Shown: positions 58,343 to 64,000 of the stretch, piece after piece
How positions within the stretch are numbered: position 1 is the stretch's first letter
Layout: each line of letters begins with the position of its first letter
NCBI GenBank assembly: GCA_046331705.1
Contig: JAXLQJ010000020.1
Coordinates: 1-64,000, forward strand
Origin: a bacterium
GTDB lineage: Bacteria; JADJOY01
Direction of reading: 5' to 3'
DNA length: 64,000 bases
Program-made: the position numbers and the translations under genes
The notes under the pieces: model-generated
What the model saw: only the letters and a program-made list of their open reading frames with translations
Database searches by the model: none
Told to the model about the DNA's origin: nothing

Positions 58343-59501
58343 GACCACGGCGGCGGATCGCTTCGGTCTCGGCTGGCGCGCGCCGCTCGCCGCGGGAATC
58401 CTCGTCAACCTCGACCGCATCGACGTTCTCGAGGTGCTGGCCGACGACTACGTCCACGCTTCGCGGCGCGAGCGCCGGGCCTTGCGCACGCTGGCGCGGC
58501 AGGTGCCGGTCACGCTCCACGGAACCTCGCTCGGGCTCGCGTCCACCGAGACGGTCACGGCGAGACGGCTGGAACGATTGGCGCGGCTGGTGGGCGAGAT
58601 CGAACCCGTGGCGTGGTCGGAGCACCTGGCCTTCGTGCGCGGCGGCGAGCTCGAGATCGGGCATCTCGCCGCGCCGGCGCGCTGCGCCGAGACCGTCGAC
58701 GGGCTCGTGGCCAACGTGCGTCGGGCGCGCGAGATCGTGGGCTCGGCGCCGTTGCTCGAGAACGTCGCGACGCTGGTCGACCCGCCGCGAAGCGTGCTCG
58801 GCGAGGACGAGTGGGTGTCACGCTGCATCGAAGGAAGCGGCGCACCGCTGCTTCTCGACCTCCACAACCTCCACGCCAACGCCACGAACTTCGGTTTCGA
58901 TGCGGTCTCGCACCTGCGACGAATCCCGCTTCACCGAGTCGCGCAGGTCCACCTCGCGGGGGGGCGCTGGGTGGAGCGACACGGCGCACGGCGCATCCTC
59001 GACGACCATCTCCACGACGTGCCCGATCCCGTCTTCGCGCTGCTCGCCGAGGTCGCGCGACTGGCGCCGCAACCGCTCGTGGTGATCCTCGAACGCGATG
59101 GGAACTTCGAGACCATCGAGGATCTTCTCGCCGAGCTCGACCGCGCCCGCGCGGTGGTGGCCGGTGCGCGCCGAGAGCCCCGCCATGGCCTCGACGCGCC
59201 GGTCGGCGAGGCAGCCGCCAACCCTTCGCGACGCGAGCCGAACCTGGCGCCGGTCACCCCACCTTCCACGCCACGCCGCTGGCGGTGGCCGCGCTGGGGC
59301 GAGCGACGAGGCGCCGAAGCGCACGTCACCCCGACGATCGAGGCGACGATGGCACGAGTGTTCGTCGATGAGGCCGCGCGCGTGCGCTTCGCCGCCGCCG
59401 AGCCCACGCTCGATCGCTCCGGGCTCGCGCTCGCCGCGGAGAGCTACGCCCGCAAACGCGCAGCAAAGGCGCGCGGCCACGATCCAACTCCAAGGCGCTA
59501 G
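58335..59501 (+). CDS. DUF692 family multinuclear non-heme iron oxidative enzyme (MNIO) with a C-terminal extension
   Basis: GLGWR, LHGTSLGL, WSEHLAF, LENV, LLDLHNLHAN, VHLAGG, DDH and ILERD; GTG start overlaps the upstream gene end. Confidence 0.9.
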   Translation: MLETTAADRFGLGWRAPLAAGILVNLDRIDVLEVLADDYVHASRRERRALRTLARQVPVTLHGTSLGLASTETVTARRLERLARLVGEIEPVAWSEHLAFVRGGELEIGHLAAPARCAETVDGLVANVRRAREIVGSAPLLENVATLVDPPRSVLGEDEWVSRCIEGSGAPLLLDLHNLHANATNFGFDAVSHLRRIPLHRVAQVHLAGGRWVERHGARRILDDHLHDVPDPVFALLAEVARLAPQPLVVILERDGNFETIEDLLAELDRARAVVAGARREPRHGLDAPVGEAAANPSRREPNLAPVTPPSTPRRWRWPRWGERRGAEAHVTPTIEATMARVFVDEAARVRFAAAEPTLDRSGLALAAESYARKRAAKARGHDPTPRR

Positions 59502-60130
59502 CGGCGCAGCCCCAAACGCTCGGACAATCGAGCCAGCCAACGCGGGCGCACGCCGGTTGCGACTCGAATCACGCTCCAATGTTGGGGCCTATCGGAAGCT
59601 TCCGGGTGATCCCACACTCGAAGCCCGAGGCGAGCGCACAATGCTTCGAGCTCGTCGGCACCGAACGCCCACTCGTCCGTGGGCGGAAGCTCGTCGTCGT
59701 CGATCCCGAAGATCTCACCCTCGAATGCGAACGGCTCCCCTTCGTTTCGCGTGAGCCCGTCGCAGTACTCGAGAACACGGCGAACGCACCCATGCTCGTA
59801 GACAGCCAGGAGATACGCATCGCTGGTGGTCTGCGCGTTGACCACGATCACACGCGCGCCAAAACGCGCCGACAGGAGCGGTGCCAGATCGGCCATGTCG
59901 GAGAAGCAGTTGAAGTGCGCCACCAGCCAGCCGTCGCCGAGCGACGCGATCGCGAAAATCGTGGGCCGTTCGGCGGACGTCGCAAACCCGCTGCCGTAGA
60001 CGGTGAGGCCGACCTCGTCCCGCCGCGTCTCGATGGCAACCGCGGCGTGCGAACCAAGCCATTCGCTCAGCTCGGCGACGAGACCCTCGACGTCCGTGGT
60101 GCGGACGTGGAGCGCGGTGTAGGTCCCCAC
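59498..60130 (-). CDS. Hypothetical protein
   Basis: 210-aa ORF with globular composition that fills the gap after the dipeptidase gene. Confidence 0.6.
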   Translation of the reverse strand: MGTYTALHVRTTDVEGLVAELSEWLGSHAAVAIETRRDEVGLTVYGSGFATSAERPTIFAIASLGDGWLVAHFNCFSDMADLAPLLSARFGARVIVVNAQTTSDAYLLAVYEHGCVRRVLEYCDGLTRNEGEPFAFEGEIFGIDDDELPPTDEWAFGADELEALCARLGLRVWDHPEASDRPQHWSVIRVATGVRPRWLARLSERLGLRR

Positions 60131-60137
60131 CCGCGAG

Positions 60138-61262
60138 TCACTGGCCGCGCAGGCGCGCGGCGGTGCGTTCGACCTCGCGGAAGACGCGCAGCATGTTCTC
60201 GCCGTAGAGCTTGGCGAGCTCGCGCTCGCCGTAGCCGCGCGCCACGAGGTGCTCGGTGAGCACCGGCAGCGAGGCGGCGCTCGGCAAGTCGGTCGGCATC
60301 TTGACGATGCCGTCGTAGTCGGAGCCGATGCCCACGTGGTCGATGCCCACGGTCTTCACCACGTGCTCGATGTGATCGACCACGTCCTCGACGGTGGATT
60401 CGTTGCCCGGCGTGAGCCACAGGCTGGCGAAGAAGACGCCGATCACCCCGCCTTTCTCCGCGATGGCTTTCATGTCGTCGTCCGAGAGATTGCGAAAGAC
60501 GTCGTACACGCCGCGCACGCCGGTGTGGCTCACGATCACCGGCGCCTCGCTGATGGCGAGCGCGTCGCGGATCGAATCGGGATGGGTGTGCGCGAGGTCC
60601 ACGATCATGCCCAGGCGGTTCATGCGCTGGATGAGCTCGCGCCCCGCGTCCGTGAGCCCACCGTTGGGCAACGCCGCCAGCAGGTTGGTGTTCGCGTAGC
60701 CGTTGGGCGTGAAGTGAGCGAGCCCGATGTAGCGCAGGCCCTCCTCGTAGAGCGTGGCGACGTTGGACGCGTCGGGCCCGACCCCGTGCGCCCCCTCGAG
60801 CCCCATGAGTGCCGGCATCTTGCCGTTGCGATGGATGCGCTCGATGTCGGCGCTCGAGAGCGCGAGCTGCATCCGATCCGAGTTGTCCGCGATCACGCGC
60901 CGGGCGGTGCGCATCGTGTTGCGGGCGTCGTCCACGCAATGCTGGGGATCGCAGAGCGGCCACACCACGATGCCGAGCCACACCGCGTCGGTGCCGCCCT
61001 CGACGAGCCCCGGCAGATCGGCCTGGGGCTTGTAGAAGTATTCGAGGCCCGAGGGCGGCGGATGCGATTCCGCGAAGTTGGTGCCGTAGAGCGTGGTGAA
61101 GAGGATCGAGTCGACGTGCATGTCCATCACGAAGAGCCGCTCGTGGAGCGCGCGCGCGTCACCGACGCTGGCGGCCGAGCCGCCGCCCGAATCGCAGCCG
61201 ACCGCGCCCGCGAGCGCGACCACCAGCGCGAGCGCGGGCGAGCGGCTCCCCCGTCGCCTCAC
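60138..61262 (-). CDS. Membrane dipeptidase (peptidase M19) lipoprotein
   Basis: DMHVD, GLEG, GLTDAGRELI..MNRLGMIVDLAH, VSHTG, RNLSD and GIGSDYDG; lipobox GAVGC. Confidence 0.93.
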   Translation of the reverse strand: MRRRGSRSPALALVVALAGAVGCDSGGGSAASVGDARALHERLFVMDMHVDSILFTTLYGTNFAESHPPPSGLEYFYKPQADLPGLVEGGTDAVWLGIVVWPLCDPQHCVDDARNTMRTARRVIADNSDRMQLALSSADIERIHRNGKMPALMGLEGAHGVGPDASNVATLYEEGLRYIGLAHFTPNGYANTNLLAALPNGGLTDAGRELIQRMNRLGMIVDLAHTHPDSIRDALAISEAPVIVSHTGVRGVYDVFRNLSDDDMKAIAEKGGVIGVFFASLWLTPGNESTVEDVVDHIEHVVKTVGIDHVGIGSDYDGIVKMPTDLPSAASLPVLTEHLVARGYGERELAKLYGENMLRVFREVERTAARLRGQ

Positions 61263-62548
61263 ACGTCCTCGTCGGGTGCGGCGACATCGGCGCGGAACAC
61301 CGCCATCAAACCCTGGAAGCGTTCTTCGTCCTCGAGCGGACGCACGGTGTAGGGAATCGCCACCTCGCCCACGCCGGTGATCGTCCCCTCCCAGCGCAGC
61401 TCGGACGGATCGCCGTCGAGGCGGGCCAAGCGCTCGGCGCCCGCGGTGTCGCCGAGCTCGGCGAGCAGGTCGGCGAGGGGCTTGCCGGTGAGCGTCCCCA
61501 TGAGCACGCCGAGCAGCCGCGCGATCGCCACATTCGCGGTGCGGATCACGCCGTCGGTGCCCGTGAAGAGCACTCCATCGCGCACCTCGTCGAGCGCCGC
61601 GCGCAACGAGAACGCCTCCGTCACCGCGGCGCGATCGCGCGTGAGGTTGCGCACCACGTGCACGACCTTCTCCACCTTGCCGTCGCGGGTCTCGAGCGGG
61701 GCGATCTGCACCTCGAGCACGGTCCCGTCCTCGAGCGCGATCTCGCGCACCGAGGCCTTGCCGGTGCGAATCACCGGCTCGTGGGCACAGCCACCGCCGC
61801 GCAGCTCGGTGCTCTTGAGCATCTCGGTGCAGGGGCGGCCGAGGATGTCCGTGTAGTCGCCGCCGATCAGGTCGCGCATCGAGCGGTTCAAGCGGATGAC
61901 GCGACCCTCGGGATCGACCACCGCGATGGGCTCCTCGAAGTGGTCGAAGACCGCCTGCGTCTCGCGCCGGGCCTTCGACACGCGGGCGAACAACCGCACG
62001 TTCTCCACGACCGTGCCCATGAGCGTGCCGAGGAGCTCGAGGGTGGGAACGTCGCCCGTCTGGTAGGCGAGCGCCACGGTGCAGCTCAGCGCGAGGGCGC
62101 CGATGGTGGCGCGCGACGCGATGAGCGGCACCGCCACCGCGCTCTTCGAGCCCTCGGTCTTCAAGTAGCGGGCGATGGGCAGCAGCGCGTCGAGCTCGCT
62201 GCGATTGGTCACGAGCAGCGAACGCTTGCCGCGGATCACCGAGGTGAAGGGCGAGTCCTCGGCGCGGACCCGCGCCACCGGCAGCTCGGTGGTGGTGCCG
62301 AGCCGGTCGCCGTCGATCACCAGCACCTCGGGGGAATCGGGCTCGGCGAGCACCAGCGTGACGCGGTCGGCACGGAAGCGAGACCGCACCACCGCCACCA
62401 GGTCGCGGAAGAGCTCCGCTTCGTCGACCTCGAGCCGCGCGATGAGCGCGCCCACGCGCCGCAGCATCTCGACCTCGCCGGCGAGGCGCTTGGCGTCGTC
62501 GAGGGTGTATGCCGGCAAGCCTGCGCTGCGTTCGCTGCCCTCGAACAC
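61259..62548 (-). CDS. GAF + PAS + PAS sensor protein with no output domain
   Basis: GAF (SAVAVPLIA...IGALAL), PAS (FDHFEEPIAVVDPEGRVIRLN) and PAS (LDEVRDGVLFTGTDGVIRTAN). Confidence 0.8.
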   Translation of the reverse strand: MFEGSERSAGLPAYTLDDAKRLAGEVEMLRRVGALIARLEVDEAELFRDLVAVVRSRFRADRVTLVLAEPDSPEVLVIDGDRLGTTTELPVARVRAEDSPFTSVIRGKRSLLVTNRSELDALLPIARYLKTEGSKSAVAVPLIASRATIGALALSCTVALAYQTGDVPTLELLGTLMGTVVENVRLFARVSKARRETQAVFDHFEEPIAVVDPEGRVIRLNRSMRDLIGGDYTDILGRPCTEMLKSTELRGGGCAHEPVIRTGKASVREIALEDGTVLEVQIAPLETRDGKVEKVVHVVRNLTRDRAAVTEAFSLRAALDEVRDGVLFTGTDGVIRTANVAIARLLGVLMGTLTGKPLADLLAELGDTAGAERLARLDGDPSELRWEGTITGVGEVAIPYTVRPLEDEERFQGLMAVFRADVAAPDEDV

Positions 62549-63109
62549 TCAGTCACCCCGATTCGGCTCGCCAACGGAAGCGCTGGGCAAGAGCAGGTCT
62601 TCGAGAAAGAAGGCCGAGAGGTCGTTGCGACCGGACAACCCGGACTTGCGGTAGAGCGACAGGGATTGCTGGCGCACGGTCTGCTCGTTGGTCTTGCGGA
62701 TCGCGGCGATCTCCTTGTGGCTCAACCCCTTGAGCAGCAGCAGGCCGATCTCGCGCTCCGCCGCCGTGAGATTCCAGCGTCCGAACTGGCGGTCGATGGC
62801 CTCGCCCAGCCCCTCGAGATAACTGCGCGCTTCCTCGCGCCAGCGCGCGGTCTCCTGGTGGGCGCGGGCCAGATCGCGCTCGAGCTCCACCACGTGCGAG
62901 CGGGTCGCCTGCATGTAGCGCCACGAGACCACGATCCCGGACAGCAGCACCACCTCGATCGAGAGCTCGAGCAAGAGATGGGTCCAATGGACCTGTTGCT
63001 GCGCGTCCTCGATCACGTCCGCCCCGATCAGCACGAACAGCACCGTCAAGAACGCGAGCGCGCCGCGGCTCGCGCGCAACCGGGTGCTCGGGGACTCGTC
63101 GATCTCCAC
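62549..63109 (-). CDS. Membrane-anchored LuxR-type HTH regulator
   Basis: Two TM helices, then QFGRWNLTAAEREIGLLLLKGLSHKEIA..RKTNEQTVRQQ..LYRKSG. Confidence 0.88.
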   Translation of the reverse strand: MEIDESPSTRLRASRGALAFLTVLFVLIGADVIEDAQQQVHWTHLLLELSIEVVLLSGIVVSWRYMQATRSHVVELERDLARAHQETARWREEARSYLEGLGEAIDRQFGRWNLTAAEREIGLLLLKGLSHKEIAAIRKTNEQTVRQQSLSLYRKSGLSGRNDLSAFFLEDLLLPSASVGEPNRGD

Positions 63110-63257
63110 GGTGGGGCCTTCCTTCGACCAAGAGGTGGGGCTGGTATCGCAAATCGGCCCGACCGCATCAAGGAGCGGCGCGGCATGCCCACGCCCGGTC
63201 GAACGCCCCCTCGCGCGTTCGGTTGGCGCGTCCCTGCGCGTGGTTCACACTGGCCGC

Positions 63258-64000
63258 ATGAGCACGTCCAGCAAACGCCGCACGCTCTACCTCGTCGACG
63301 GCCCCAACATCGCGTTTCGCGCCTTCTTCGCCATCGGCGGCATGAAGTCGAGCCATGGCCTGCCCACCAACGCGCTCTTCGGCTTCACCAACATGCTGCT
63401 CAAGCTCATCAAGGACGAGCGGCCGGATCATCTCGCGATCGCCTGGGACCCACCCGGAAAGACGCACCGCGAGGAGCGCTACCCGGAGTACAAGGGCACG
63501 CGTCCCGACATGCCCGAGGATCTGCGTGCGCAGATGCCGTATTTCCAGCGCATCGCCGAGGCCTTCGGCATCCCGTTCCTGGAGGTGCCCCGCTACGAGG
63601 CGGACGACGTCATCGCCACGCTCACGCGCCGCCACGAGCACGAGCTGGACGTGGTGATCGTCACCTCCGACAAGGACCTGATGCAGCTCGTGGGCGACCA
63701 CGTGTCGCTGCTCGACACCATGAAGGACAAGCGCATCGGCCGCGCCGAGGTCCAGGAGAAATTCGGCTGCGCGCCCGAGCAGGTGCCCGACGCGCTGGCC
63801 ATCTGGGGGGACACCTCGGACAACATCCCCGGCGTCAAGGGGATCGGCGAGAAGGGCGTGAAGGCGCTGCTGGCGAAATGGGGCAGCCTCGCCGACATCT
63901 ACGCGAATCTCGATCGAGTGGAGCCGGCGGGCACGCGCAAGAAGCTCGAGGCCGATCGGGACAACGCGTACCTCTCGCTCGAGCTGGCCACGGTCGCGAG
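63258..64000 (+). CDS. polA: DNA polymerase I, N-terminal 5'-3' exonuclease domain (partial)
   Basis: My translation gives LYLVDG, FRAFFA, PTNALFGF, YKGTR, YEADDVIATL, TSDKDLMQL and GDTSDNIPGVKGIGEK. The frame is open to the window end. Confidence 0.9.
   Translation, partial: MSTSSKRRTLYLVDGPNIAFRAFFAIGGMKSSHGLPTNALFGFTNMLLKLIKDERPDHLAIAWDPPGKTHREERYPEYKGTRPDMPEDLRAQMPYFQRIAEAFGIPFLEVPRYEADDVIATLTRRHEHELDVVIVTSDKDLMQLVGDHVSLLDTMKDKRIGRAEVQEKFGCAPEQVPDALAIWGDTSDNIPGVKGIGEKGVKALLAKWGSLADIYANLDRVEPAGTRKKLEADRDNAYLSLELATVA

Noticed and set aside
1-64000. tRNA, rRNA, integrase, transposase, prophage or CRISPR features
   Set aside because: None were recognised. Intergenic spaces are short and the ORFs have chromosomal metabolic or envelope functions.

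Overview
This is a GC-rich (about 70% by eye), gene-dense bacterial chromosomal window. It is most consistent with a Myxococcota/deltaproteobacterial genome or MAG, based on a MYXO-CTERM-like sorting tail, a CsgA-like SDR, HMG-CoA synthase, many lipoproteins and a Ser/Thr kinase-TPR gene; this placement is inference. About 53 CDS were called. They cover polyphosphate metabolism (CHAD, ppx), a small exopolysaccharide export cluster, methylcrotonyl-CoA carboxylase with a MaoC/CitE pair, four exported glycoside hydrolases, two radical SAM enzymes, glgC and the start of polA. I saw no rRNA, tRNA, CRISPR array or mobile element. Main highlights: (1) a divergent gene pair resembling plant cycloeucalenol cycloisomerase (CPI1) and plant-type sterol C14-reductase (FACKEL), with an endoglycoceramidase/steryl-glucosidase-like GH5 immediately downstream and mvaS plus a B12-radical SAM enzyme nearby; (2) a TIGR04222 membrane protein with an 8-Cys Gly/Ser tail whose gene overlaps a DUF692 (MNIO) oxidase gene, a candidate membrane-anchored RiPP-like modification system; (3) an RlmD-RluA fusion, several apparently degenerate enzymes, and a cluster of frameshifts at 7.5-13 kb that are probably consensus errors. 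All product calls come from motif recognition by eye; no database search was run.
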